Shown: positions 26,601 through 38,965 of the stretch, one piece after another
How positions within the stretch are numbered: position 1 is the first letter of the stretch
Layout: every line of letters starts with the position of its first letter
Assembly (NCBI GenBank): GCA_000708835.1
Contig: DF237377.1
Coordinates: 1-64,000 of the forward strand
DNA from: Klebsormidium nitens
Lineage: Eukaryota > Plantae > Klebsormidiophyceae
DNA length: 64,000 nucleotides
Direction of reading: 5' to 3'
Notes under the pieces: generated by a model
Told to the model about the DNA's origin: nothing
Databases searched by the model: none
The model's input: the letters and a program-made list of their open reading frames with translations, nothing else
Position numbers and translations under genes: made by a program

Positions 26601-28989
26601 CAATCGTGTCGGTATCAAACATTGGACATGAGTGTTGAGTATGTCATCCTCGAGACCAGACGCTGGAGCTGCGACACTACAGTGAAGCTCGATCACGAGC
26701 ACGTGTACGCACCTTTATCGTTGAGCAGATCGACGATTGCTGTGTCCGAGCGGAAATCAGCGTGCCGAACATGCTTTCGGCCGTTTCCGGAGAATCACTG
26801 TACTTGCTTTGAGCTCTTTCCTACTCTTTGCAGGTGATTCTTCCGCACAGGGTTTTTGGCTGTCTCCGGAGGATTATTGTGCTTGCTTTGAGCCATTTCC
26901 AACTCTTTACAGGTAATCGTACCGCACGGCCTGCCGGTCACGGTGGAGAACTTCCGGGCGTGGCGAGACGCGTACGAGGCCGAAATAGCGCTCGAAAAAG
27001 CGAAGTGAGCCCGCCGTCTTGAATCATTATCCGACTCCAATTCTGAACGCCTGCACAATTGGCAGAGTGTTTTGGAAGATCCTTCCCGCACCTTCTCCTT
27101 ATAGCGTTTATCTTCAGTTTCATCTTGCAAGCAGAGTGTTGAAGCTTTTTGTTGATCGCCATCTTGGCATGCGGGTGCGTCGGGACAGCCCATCTTCTTC
27201 GCACAGCTTAGGCATCGACTCCCGAACTTCCTCGGATCGATCAATTGCGAACGTACAGAGTGCTGATCCGAGACCACGGAAGCTTTGGGGGAAGGGTTAG
27301 GCTGGGGAGATTGAAGCACAGGAGGCGGGGACACGGAATGTTACGGGATTTGGCGTTCGCACATCACCCCTTTTTGATATGCTCTTTCTATGTTTCTTTG
27401 TTAGCTAAACAATGTTCTTTTGCTTTGCAGGTTGCTGACGGACTCTCAACTAGTGGCCCAACGAGAAAAGCGGATGAGCGGGAAGCAGTGGTTCGAAAGC
27501 GGAAAGGGGCAGGTGCGTCTTCTCGAAACCCTTCGTTTCTGCCGCATCGTTCTGACAGAGGATTCAGTCAGTACCGCAGACAAGAAGCGTTGCGCATTCC
27601 GCAGAATTGAGTTCCTGTTTTGGAAGCGTAGATTGGGCGGGAGCTCATGTTCCGGCTCAGAGCTTTTCCGGTGCCTTCGATCGATTTGTTTGTGCCGATG
27701 AGACAGCTGTTCTGTTCGCTTTCGAGTTTCATCTCTGCTGGGGTCGCAGCCCAGCTCTTCGGCGAACAGACGTGACCCGGGATCTATTTAGAAAGACTCG
27801 TCCCAAGAAGTATCTCAGATCTTGTCGGACGCACGATGTAACATCAAGTCTGCTTTTTGTGAGAGTACGTTCAGCTCGCCTCTGGGAGGCGGGGTAGCAC
27901 TAACCGGGTGCTGAAACGCGAGCTTGACAGCTCCGCGCCCTGACACACCCTAAAAGCTGCGAACCAACCCACCCCGACCCTGGACATCCAACAATGTTCC
28001 AACGATACGCGTTGCTTCTGTTCGGTATGGCTTTGTGAAGGAACCTCGACCGGTAGAGGTGCGCCCACCTTTCTCCGTTCGGGGAAAGAGGGGACAAAAG
28101 AATATGATTAGGAAAACGAGAGAGGAAAAGAATGGTTACGCTTTGCTTGCAGAGGGCAAAGCTGGACGCGGAAGAGGGCGACGAGGACGGCGACGACTTC
28201 GACTTCGACGACTCGGACGAAGAAGGTGGGCTGTTCTCACTCTACATCTGATTTTAGGGTTTATGGTTTATGGGTTTATGGGTTTAGGGTCTTAGGGTTG
28301 TAGGGTATTAGGTGTCAGCGTTGCAGACTACCTTCTTTTTGAATCTTTTTGAAACGAAGTGAAGTGGTAAATGCTACCCCGTCGAAGCTTAAGTTCAACA
28401 AATTGGGCGGTCGTCTGGGGCTTCCAAGCGTTGCAATCTGCTCAAAGACCAGCAGGTTCGAGGGACAGCTTCTAACGGTATTCCCAGTCCGCTTTGCTTC
28501 TCTATCTCAAGACTAAGGTTTTCCGAAACCTGGCCGCCTGACCCGACTTTCGATCTGGGCCGAGTTCCAGAATTTGAGCCGTTCGATAGCTGCACCCGGG
28601 TCATTGAACGGCCGATCGACTGAGATCGCACTTGAGCTTGGGCGGCAAGTTTTCATAGGAGAGTGGAGCTGGATTTGTCATGCGTCAAGCACAAAACCCA
28701 TGGTTTTCAATGCCGAAAAATTGAACCGCTCCACAGCAGTTCAGGGTCAGCGTTCTGCGTTGTTTCCTCCTAACGGAGAGGTTTCCAGGAAACCAAACAT
28801 CCGGTTCAAGAATCAATGCATTGCTTCGTGGGCGTGTACGTTTGATTTACCTAGATGCTGCTGAGGATGCAGCGTTGCAAGTTTCAGAGAGAGCGTAATC
28901 TGGAACCTCTTTCTCCTGCAGATATGGACGACGACGAAATGTTTGACCAGATACTAAAGCAAAGGGAAGGAGAGAAGCCCGTAACATGA
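23660..28989 (+). CDS. RWDD1: RWD domain-containing protein 1 (RWDD1/GIR2-like)
   Basis: 7-nt first coding exon ATGACGG, then MT-DYAAEQEMEIEALEAILMED, FAHTPNYPDEPPLFNIR, ENLGMSMMFTL, VIVPHGLPVTVENFRAWRDAYEAE, KRMSGKQWFESG and an acidic tail. About 11 GT-AG exons; stop TGA 28987-28989. Confidence 0.92.
28252..28312 (+). repeat. Degenerate interstitial telomere-like array (8 units of TTTTAGGG/TTTAGGG type)
   Basis: TTTTAGGG TTTATGG TTTATGGG TTTATGGG TTTAGGG TCTTAGGG TTGTAGGG TATTAGG inside the last RWDD1 intron. Confidence 0.7.
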
Positions 28990-29993
28990 TGCTGTCCAAG
29001 ATATACTAAGCTTCTGCACATATGTTCGAACAACCGGTAGCGTGCTTTGCAACGCTGCCGCTTGCGTTGTGGTCTTGGTGCCCTCCATTTTCTACTGACA
29101 AAGCACAGTCATTCGGTAACCTGCACGTGGCCTGAACAGCACCGTTCCACCATGCGCCGATTGACATCACCGGATAGGCGCAGCTACCTTCTGTATGAGG
29201 GTCCAGGTGCTTCCAGCCGTTGGTTGACGACTTTCCAAAGGCTCAGTCAGCAAGCATTGTGGCAGCTTGCCGGCTGGTGCAGTGTGTCAAAGTAACTGAC
29301 TCGCACAATCAACTTGCTTGGAGTTGGCCGTATGTACGTCTCAAACTTATGATTATGAGACCATGTAGATGTTGACCAGCCCATGGTGCGCGCACGAGAT
29401 ATTTCAATCATGGCGGCAAATCTATTTGCTCGAAAGTGTATATACTAGTATATAGAGGCCTAAAATGGTCTCGCAGTACAATCGTAGACAGTAGCATCAT
29501 GCTTCAGCCGGTCATGGTGCGACGTACCTGGATCACAAGGAGATTTAGCTATAAAACCGCTTTGTACGTTCGGATGCGCAAGCGGGCCTGCGCGGCATAC
29601 AGTTGACTACACGATTAATGTGGTCACAAGTGCCCAATTCTACCCGCCCATGCCGCCCGTGCATGTTGTATACGAAGTACCGGTGCTATAAAGCTGACTC
29701 GATTCTCGCAGGGACATTCAATGTCCAGGGACAATCAACATGATTCCTCTTGCTTGCTGCAACTCTACCTTATATAAGATCTGCACTTGCAAAACTTCCT
29801 TGCAATCTTGACTCGACCTGTTTGGCTTGCGAGCTATCTGATTTCCGTCTTGATCCAATTTACAAGTTCAGCCTCAGATAACTGAGAGTTTGATATGTAC
29901 ACTCCCCAATTTGATATGTACACTCCCTAATGATTCGCGATTGAGTAAACCTCCCATAACCGAAGCATGGACTCCACAATCGTGGGAACGCTA

Positions 29994-31217
29994 CTAGAGC
30001 CAAGTCCCATTCGACCGAGCGTCGCTGGAATTTTCCGGTTTGCTTCCGACGTCTTCCATCTCACACTCTAACAGTTGCGTCGCTAATCTGATGTCCTCCT
30101 CGAGCTGCTTGATCTTCTGTTCGAGCTCCCTGATGACGACCTTGTTCTCAGACACTGCCGTCGTATACTCTTCATCTGCAACCGTGAAACAAAAACTCAT
30201 CTTGTGCTTGCTATGTGGACGTCCACTTGCTAAACTCGCCACTTCAAGCTTGCAGGAACGGACCGCGAAAGACACATTGCTCGAGATCTACAGTAATCAG
30301 CTCTTGTTCGACGAAGTTGGCGTCGATTTTGTACAGGATTGTCTTCTTGTTAACCCAAAGATACGAGAACCCGGCACCCGGTGTCATACTACGAACCGGT
30401 CGATGAATAGTAGATGTGAGGAAAGGGGTCTCTTACCAGGTCCAGATTCTCGAAGCGCCTCTTCGAGCTGGACATTTGAATCCTGCATGTTAAGTAAGAA
30501 CTCTGGCGTCAGAATAATCCTGACTTTTCAAGTGCAGGTTCCATAGTATTGCCTGCAAAAAGACGGGCGTCGTCACCATCAAGGTTGACAATTAGACCGG
30601 GCGCGGGCGTTGATGACACGGATTCAGGTTGTAAGAGGTTCTGCTTTATCTATCGGGGTGATCTCCAGGTGAACCGAAGCAAATCCTGTTCAAGTCCCTG
30701 TAGTATACAAGGCCTTGAACTAGGATGAGAGACACACGCGCTGACAAACGGATCTCATACCCAGCCAGCAGACACACCCGGCGCTCAGTAAGTTGAGCCC
30801 TCAACCACTTGTATTACGTGTTGACCCCTTCTGCAAATTTCATCAGCTGCCTAGAGTCGCAACACATTGGCTGACAGACACTCGCTTACACAATCTGGTC
30901 AGGCGAGAAAGTCACAAAGCCCCTGACGGACTAGAAACCAAATACAAAATCCCTTAGTTCTGAGGCAGGCTCACCATATGTTCCACCTTGAAGAACCGAG
31001 ATCGAGGACAAGCTTGATTGGCAAGCCATCCTCGATGATTGCCTGTGGTTACCTTTGAGATAGCATCAAAGGCCCCCTGGAATGAAATTAGAAAGCTTAC
31101 CTTCAAATGCACGACGGCGTTCTCTAGCCGGCACTTTTCCTGCTTCAGGATCTCTAATGGCGCGTCCGTTTGATCCCCATCTGCCAACACCCGCTGCTGG
31201 CCTATTGCGCTTTCCAT
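29994..31217 (-). CDS. Small uncharacterised coiled-coil protein (114 aa, 3 exons)
   Basis: Exons 31217-31101, 30482-30437, 30175-29994 with canonical gtaag donors and consistent phases: MESAIGQQ...LKQEKCRLENAVVHLK-DSNVQLEEALRESGP-DEEYTTAVSENKVVIRELEQKIKQLEEDIR...GTWL. Confidence 0.7.
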
Positions 31218-32307
31218 GCTCCGTAGCTGCAAAATGATAATGATTGAATTGTAGATAGAGTTGTCACTGTACACTGCCGTAAGTGGTGATAATTCCGGCC
31301 AAGCGTCCAACAGAAACAAGCCAATGTACTCTTTGATTCCTGCCATTGTGCCACACAATTTCTCAATGGTCAATGTTGCCACGACCACCGAGCAAACAGT
31401 TTGGAAAAAGTCCAGAACATCGAGCAGATACAAAAGAAAGGACTCACGCATAGTGCTCCTCCCCAGCGCGCAGGTTCAGCATTGCAAGGAGCAACTTGAG
31501 TAGAGAGTGAAAGAGAAAGTATTGAAAGTGACGCTGTGATGGTTCCTCGTACCACCAGAAAGTTCTCAATGAGTGCAGGAGCCTCACCTGTTTAAAGTGG
31601 AATTTCGTTTTGAGCCTGATGAGGCAATTTCCAACCAGGTGTCAACTGTTGAGTCTGCTTGGGCCACCAAGTCCTGCTTTCTAGCGCAAAGGCTTCCCCC
31701 TCGAGGAGTCAGAGAAGAAATAGTTGCGTGAGATCTGGAAGAATGTGTAGAACTGAGTTAACATAAGGGAGAAGCTTGATTGCTGTAAATGAACCTTAGT
31801 CGAGGGAACAAGAACAAGTTGGACAACAGTAAGCACAGAAAGGCGCCCTTCCTTGCCCCTTCCTTGCTCAGTACAGACTACAGTTGCTGTCTTCATTTTA
31901 TCAAAATCAGGGTCAACCAGAGTTAACACCCTTGACCCGGTAGTGGGTTAAGTGCCCTCCTCATTGCTTCAAGTTCAAAGTTGAAGAGATCAGGCAGATG
32001 CCAATGGCGGATTATCAAAACGGGCGCTTATTCAGCACGATTCAATGGTACGAGTGCTGGGCGGCCGTTGCAAGAGCTTGGACGACTGCTGACGACAGGT
32101 CTCCTGACTTGGCTCCGTGAACGTCTCGCTCCCAATGTCTGGGGCCTTCCTGGCGTGATCACGGGCCTCCAGGACTCACGCGTTGTTTGATGCCCTCCTT
32201 TGGAGGATAGATAGGGTGTTACATGCTGTTCTTCTTGATCACAGGGCAGCTGATTTCCTGTTTGTGGAATCTGACTCAGCTTTGGTGCCCCCAGTACAGC
32301 GGAAAGT

Positions 32308-35300
32308 ATGGCCGGGGGGATGACTGGGGGTGGGGATGCTGGGGGGGGTCCTAGGAGCAAGGGGCCGGCTCCAGTGTATGTCCGCCAGGTTCCAAAGTTC
32401 CTGCAAGTGAGTGCCAAAAAGTCTTTATCTTTGAAAAAACAACCTCTGGAGAGCCGGAGAAGGAACCTCGGTTGCTGGTTCAGCTGGCAATGTCATTGCA
32501 ATGAATCTTTACAGCAGCTCGGGGCGGTTTCCTGCAAGGGTTTACTTGGCCTGTGTAGGAGTGGCTTCGAGTTGGGTGGCAATAAGGTTGAAGTCCCGTT
32601 TATAGTTCCGAATGGCTTTCCGAGTTGAACTCAGAAGCCTGGCTCCAGGGTTCGTTGAGTGGTTGATAAACATAAATAGGTGGTGGTAGATTAAGGGCGC
32701 AACTTTCACGACGCTCACTACAATAGAGAATGTGGCAAATTATGTGGGGCTTCATGCCCCCGTCTAGGGAACTGCCTGATTTGGAAGTTTGCTCGTTTGC
32801 CCAACTTCTCGACCAAAGAGGATAAAAGCAACGCACACAAGCTTCTTCGACGGGTCCTTTGGCTCTGGCACAGGGGCTCTAGCCCAACGCATCAGAAGAG
32901 ACTGGTTGCTCTGACATCTCTGAGATGAGCGGACTGTGCGTTGTCTGCAGGCATACAGCCACCTGATACAAAAGGACAGCTTCAAGGATGAGGCCAAACA
33001 GGCCTGGGAAGGTGCGCCTTCTTCTTCTCTGGAAACATCCTGTTATCCAACAGATGTCAGTCGATGTTGATGCTTTCGTGTGACAAATGGTGCCACCCGC
33101 ACTTTCAGAACTCCGTAGCTTGGAGTCCAATATGTCTATTGAACTGCCGTTCCGGGACCCGCAAGTCTTGCATCTTTGTCCCATCCCAGCCACAGTTTTG
33201 CGGACACATTGTCCCCCTATGTAGACAAGGGCTGCCTAAGACAAAGACGATCCCCGCCAGTGAAACACCCGAGATCTCGACGAAGGCGCTTAGATGATCA
33301 GAACGTAACATTCAGGGTTTAGCCCGTAACTAAATATTAAGGAAGGCAGCCAAACTCAAGTGGAAGTGTGATCTTTTCTTTCGAAGTGAGCACTTTGTTG
33401 CTTCCACTATATGTTAATTAGGAGCACCCACGATTCCGGGGCAAGTGTTGTTCCACCAAATTCCGCCCAGTAACATCAGGGGAAGAAGATGTCATCAGTT
33501 TCTGCGGTGTGGCCTGGCTGCGTCGCAATCACCCCGCACCTCCAGAAGCCTTTCGTGTATCTGTCTGGCTCCGTGTCGCAGATTACGCTGTGCAGAACAA
33601 GGCCGGAAAAGCATTTGGCCAAGCGGAGGACGACGACGATGACTGGCCTGACGAGGTGAGCGTCATTGAGCTGCATTGAAACTTATTCGTTACCAACTCA
33701 AGAAAAATAAGGTTAAGCTAAGATAATGACAAGGTAACCCCACTGGAACGGGTAGGGTTAGTGTGGGGGTTAAGGTGGGTTGCGTGTGAAGCAGGTTATG
33801 TTTTGGGTTAAGAATTGTCAGTTTGAGTCGGAGCTTATAGCTATCTTGGGCTTACAAATATCTTTCTTAACTTCATCTTTTCTTTGGCGTGCTCGCTTTC
33901 GGCATGCTTTTGTTTCTTTTCTTCTCATTCGCTTTCGAGAGAGAGTCAACAATGCTTATGAGAGCTCGTTGGTTGATATTCCTGCAAAGCCGTTGTTCTA
34001 TAAAGGACGTTGCCGGTTCCAATTATCAGTCGCATTTGATGGCAAAACGACATTAGCTGGTCAGCCCGTGTGACCCGGGATCTTAGGATCAGTGTGACTT
34101 CGATCTTGGGAAGCTCTGCGGTTTGACAGACGACAGAACGAAAGCGCCGCGAAGAGGCTTGTAATCCCAAGTTCTTTCAACGCTTGCCAACTGAGCCGAA
34201 CATCGTCAAGCGTCCAGCCAGTCGACGAACTGTGTTGCTACAATCTCAAACATATCAGAGGATCGGCCCTAATCCGGAAGTTTGCAATTCGAGACGGGCA
34301 GAGCAAAACCCTTCTTTCGGACCTCCAGATTCAGTCGGTAGCTTGACACACGGTGTCCGGAATAGCGTCCGAACAATCCGGAAGTGGAACTGGTGAAAAT
34401 GTTTGTGGCTCGGTAGACTGCTTTATCACGTCCGACACAATATTCTGTATTTGCCTGTCCGGAATTGAGCAGTTCCGGAATCAGGGCCAATACACTTTCT
34501 TCCTTTTAGACATGTGCGTTACACAGACACGTAAACTCTCTGGCCAGGAACACACAGATCTTACGCAGTCCGCTCTCCGTCAGTGCAGCTGGAAGGCGCC
34601 ACGGTCGTCAGCGGAGCGGAAGCTTTTGGCAAGGGGAAAGAGGGCCAGGAGCATGGTGACGTCATCCCCCCCACCAAGGAGGAAAAGGAGGTCCGTCTCC
34701 ACAAACATCTGGCATTTCCCTCTCTTTCGAAGACACCTTAAGCTACTAGCCTCGTGTGACCTTATCTGACCGGCCATTGCTTTCCTTTCCTACTCTGTTT
34801 CCATTTTTGAATGGTTCGGATTCAATCGGACGCGCCGAATTCGTGCTCAGCCTTGACCTTGCCTTGCTTTCCTTCTTTTTGGGGCACGTTCCCACCTTGT
34901 TTTTGAGGTAGGGCGGATGCTCTTTGCCTCGCAAACAAGAGGCGCTTTCCCTTTGGCGCTTTGGCGCTTTGCAGAGAGTACAATCACTCCTCACCCGTGC
35001 CTGTTCCGCTGCCGATCCGCTTTTGTTGCGCTCTCAATCTGCTGCAAATTGCCTGTCGTCCGATATCGACTTGCTGCATTGACAAGACCTTCTTCCTGAA
35101 ATTCGCTGTGCGTCCGGCCAACTATCCGCTGGACTTCCGCATCATTCCGCTGGTGATCCGCTCTCGATCCGCTGCGAGCAATTCTTACCGTCCCCTTTTC
35201 TTCCAGGCAGCTAAGAGCAAGGAGAAGGGCAACGCCGCGTTCGAAAAGGGCCGCTTCGACGAAGCGATCCAGCATTTTAACCGGGCCATCTTCCTGACGC

Positions 35301-38300
35301 CAAAGTGAGCTGCCTGAGCATGGTCGCGCATCCTTCGGATGCTGCTTTTGTTTTCGCTCCGCTGTGCCCCTAGTCATCGCTCAAAGTTCGTAATTAGTCG
35401 GTTAATGTCACGTGGTGATGGCGTCTTCTCTGTGCTCCTATGTTTCAAAGCCCAAAATCTGTCAGGGGCCTAAGACGTGGCGAACGCTTCCTTACCCGAC
35501 ACGTGAAATGCTTCAACGGCCAAGATTGCTTGCCAGCTAGTGTATTCAACGGAATTTGGACTTGAGTTTTCAAGTACGGAAGTGGCACAGCGTCGATTGG
35601 TTCCTGGTCTGGATAGCAGGATTATCCGCGAAGTCGCTTACGTGCAATCGAAGGTAACAACTAGAGTCCTCAGGAATCCAACTATCAAAAATCAAAAGTC
35701 GCAAAAACTCCGTCATTTTGGGTCCTCCAACCGCTCTCTTGCGCAGTCTCACGTAGCCAACGCGAACATAGTCCCCCAGACAGCTTTCGCTTAATCGGAT
35801 GGCTGCGCGCTATCTTCTTGCTCAATTCGACATGCACCTCAGGCCCCTGCTTCGTCCCTTGCAGCAACCACGTTTTGTACAGCAACCGGTCGGCGTGCTT
35901 CCTCGGAAAAAAGGAGTACAAGTCCGCCCTGGAGGATGCGCAAAAGGTGGGTGCATCGGGTTCAGCACTTCAAACTTTATCGCTTGAGTCGTACACACTC
36001 AACGACTTGTCTGCCGTCACCCCGGGCAGCTTTTTCTCCCCGTACCTCTTCATCTGAGCCCGGCACAGCTAGTTCGATGAAGGTGGTGACTTTGTTTCCG
36101 ACCGAAGTAAGTCGAAGCCAAGAGAATCAAAGGTTGGGAGTCTGGAATGAAAGCTGGTGCCTTTGCCGGACTACGGTTGAACAGCCGTTTACGACATTGT
36201 ACACGTTCCGGGTGCCTTAATCTGTTTCCGGGGCTTAGCAACTGGCGCCGGATAGATCCGGAGAACCCTTAGCCAGAGATCAAAACAATGCGCTGAAAAC
36301 ATGAGATCTGTTGGGTGACAGGAGGGGACAGCGTCATTGCCGAGCTATCGGCCTTGACCGTCAGACGACCGCTTCATTGGCACCTTTAGCTGTCTTCTTT
36401 TATCTTCATTGACGAACCTCGAAAGCCCAGAATTGTTGAGAAGGAACGGCCCAGCGTCGATTGTGCGGAGCAACTAGCACGAGAAGTCTATTTGCGTTAA
36501 ACGCCGTTCAGGTACCGGTCTTCGGTGCTTGGGTTCAAGATTCAACCCGTCCTTTAGTTCAGCGGTCTTTTTCGAATGGTCTCGAGGAACACTGCTGGCG
36601 CTCACGCTGTGGAACGCGGTTGCAGGTGGTCTCTCTCAAGCCCGACTGGCCAAAGGGTTACTCACGAGTGGGCGCCGCGCAAGTTGGGTTGAAGCAGTAC
36701 TTTGAGGTAAGCTCTTGGCGACCATGCGCTGCTAAACTCGCTACTCTGGAAAGGCGAATTTTGGCCCCCGTCAGATCTGCTTTTTCAGTGCAAGTCGCTG
36801 GAATGTTTTGCGTTCTGCAAGTCGCTGTATTGAGGTGGACAAATGGAGCGACCGCTACTAAGGTGAAGGGTCAATTTGATAAGCGTTAAGGGCTCCTGTG
36901 GATCGATTGTTTCAAAGAATCGTCGGATTGATGTGTCCATTCCGGGGGCTCTGCATTCTTGAAGGTTGAGGAACTAGACCGATGGTAACCGCCTCATTTG
37001 TACGCCTTACGGCTGTCATTCTTTGATCGTTCATCTCCTTCCAAACAAGCTGCCGTTGCCAGGCGTCCGTAGCCCTCTCGTTTGCCTCACTTTGAAACCG
37101 AAGTTGGAAGTTTTCGCTGTAACCAGTGTTTTAAGCATCTGACGCCTCCCTTTGACCGCAGGCCATCGACACATACAAGGCGGGCCTCAAGGGTGCCCCA
37201 AAAGACGAAGCCCTCCGGGAAAGTCTGAAACACGTGAGAGCTTCTCTGCGGTCTTAGGGTGTTGATGGCTGGACGTTACAGTTCAGGCCTTTGAACTGGA
37301 TCCGGACGTGCGAGTCTGTGCGATCTCGCGGTTTCGGAAGAGAGGATTTTCAGTCCAACTTTTGAAGCGGTCTGTGTTGATGGATCACGCACTCGAAGGT
37401 CCGGCGCTGTCTTTAGGGAGCTGACACAGAGAAAAGTCTAGGGACAGCTCAAGGATTTGATGAGCTCCGTGCGAGGCTGGGATCGAGCGAGGCCGTGTAA
37501 CAGATGTCGTGCATGGGTCTTGTGTAAAATACTAGACGGAACATGCAGTTCAGCCAGAAAGCCAGTGCACTTGGTTGCTTTGCTACGTTACGGTCCCGTC
37601 GACGACTCAAGCTCTGTGAATCGAGTTTAGTGCATGCTCCAAATACGATTTAAAGAGACTCAACACCTAGTCTAGTGACAACATCCGGATTTCAAGACTT
37701 CCTCTACCTCAATCGCGAAACGACGCAAGTCTGCGAACCTACTCGATCCGGGTTACGCCTGGGTTAAGCGCTTAATCCTTGCTAACCATGGGCCGCTGTC
37801 AGGCGGAGGCCCTGTTAATGAAACAAGACGACACGGATGCGAAGGCTGATTCTTGGTTCCAAAAGTGGGTCTACGTTTGATATCTTGCCAACTTACCGTA
37901 AGCCGCTTGCAGGCGGAGGCCCTGCTGAAAGAACAGGACGAAGCGGATGCGAAGGCCGGAAAGGTGGTGTTCCGGAAACGGAAAGAGGCGCCCGAGGGCG
38001 GAACTGAGAAAGCGGGAGCGGTAGCGACGGCGAAGGTGCGTTCTCACCGCATGATCGCGCAGAAAGTTGATCAAATTGCCTCTTTACTTTCAAATTTCTG
38101 ACAGTCTTCGTTTTCTTTGAGCGGCACTCTGTTCCGTGTTCTGAGGGGCGCGATCAAAGGCGTATTAAGACCGTTGTGTAGAACATGGGTGCCGATGGTT
38201 ACAGTCACCAAAACTCCGCGGCCAAGCGTTGCGTTTACGTCTGAGATGCGTTTCATCTACGTGGATTTTCCAAATAGAAGTTGTCGAACAGCTGCACGGA

Positions 38301-38965
38301 GGTTCGGAAGTCACACCGCGCATGTTGCTTGTCGAAGCCGAGTGGTGTCGAGTGGAAGGGGCAGTACCCACTGAACGTACCCACTGAGGGCGAAGTGACC
38401 ATCTCAGCATCAACATGCACAGAGGGAAGCGTGCAGACTCAGGAGGTCGTTCCGTTGAGTATGGATTCTCTTTGTTATGCGTTCTTTCGGGTACACACCC
38501 TGTTGGGAATGGAAGTGCGCTTTTTGGGGCGCCGCAGAACAACTTGGGAACAGCTTATGAGCCGTGTAAGTTTCTTGATCTATGAAGCTGAAAAGGCTTC
38601 CCAATAGCGTCATCATCCAGCGGTTCACGAGAAGTCTTCCTTCACGACGCTCGTCGACGTATGTCCCAGGTTTCATTGCTGACTGTGATGTTCTGGTAGA
38701 TACGACTACGAGCGACAATGGCGGTCCAAGTCCGCTGAATCCATTGGAGCCATGAATCGACTCCGGCATTCTTCTGGGTACAACGCCCTGCTTGCGCGTT
38801 GCAACACGCACTGTGACACGTTCACTTTTGGCTGCATTCGGGCACAGGAGATTTGCATCCTTTTCCTGACTAACAGCCCGTTGTTTTCCGCAGAGAAAAC
38901 ACAAGCCGAAGGCTGGAGCGGTGAGCTTGTTGTCATTCGACAGAGAAGCGGACGACGACGGGTGA
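32308..38965 (+). CDS. TPR-domain protein (STI1/HOP TPR1-like) embedded in a KIAA1143/DUF4604-like low-complexity frame, 10 exons
   Basis: Exons 32308-32406, 32951-33011, 33582-33655, 34589-34690, 35207-35304, 35865-35946, 36626-36706, 37162-37233, 37913-38035, 38894-38965; phases consistent. TPR motifs KEKGNAAF, VLYSNRSAC, KPDWPKGYSR. Termini VYVRQVPKFLQ...KVVFRKRK...SLLSFDREADDDG. Confidence 0.8.
33695..33875. mobile_element. Second, more degenerate copy of the G-rich MITE-like family (in TPR-gene intron 3)
   Basis: Core 33748-33780 matches 76-108 at 30/33. Right flank ggagct..tatctt resembles element 1. Weak inverted termini (aagaaaaata..taagctaagata vs tatcttgggcttac..tatctttctt). Confidence 0.45.
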
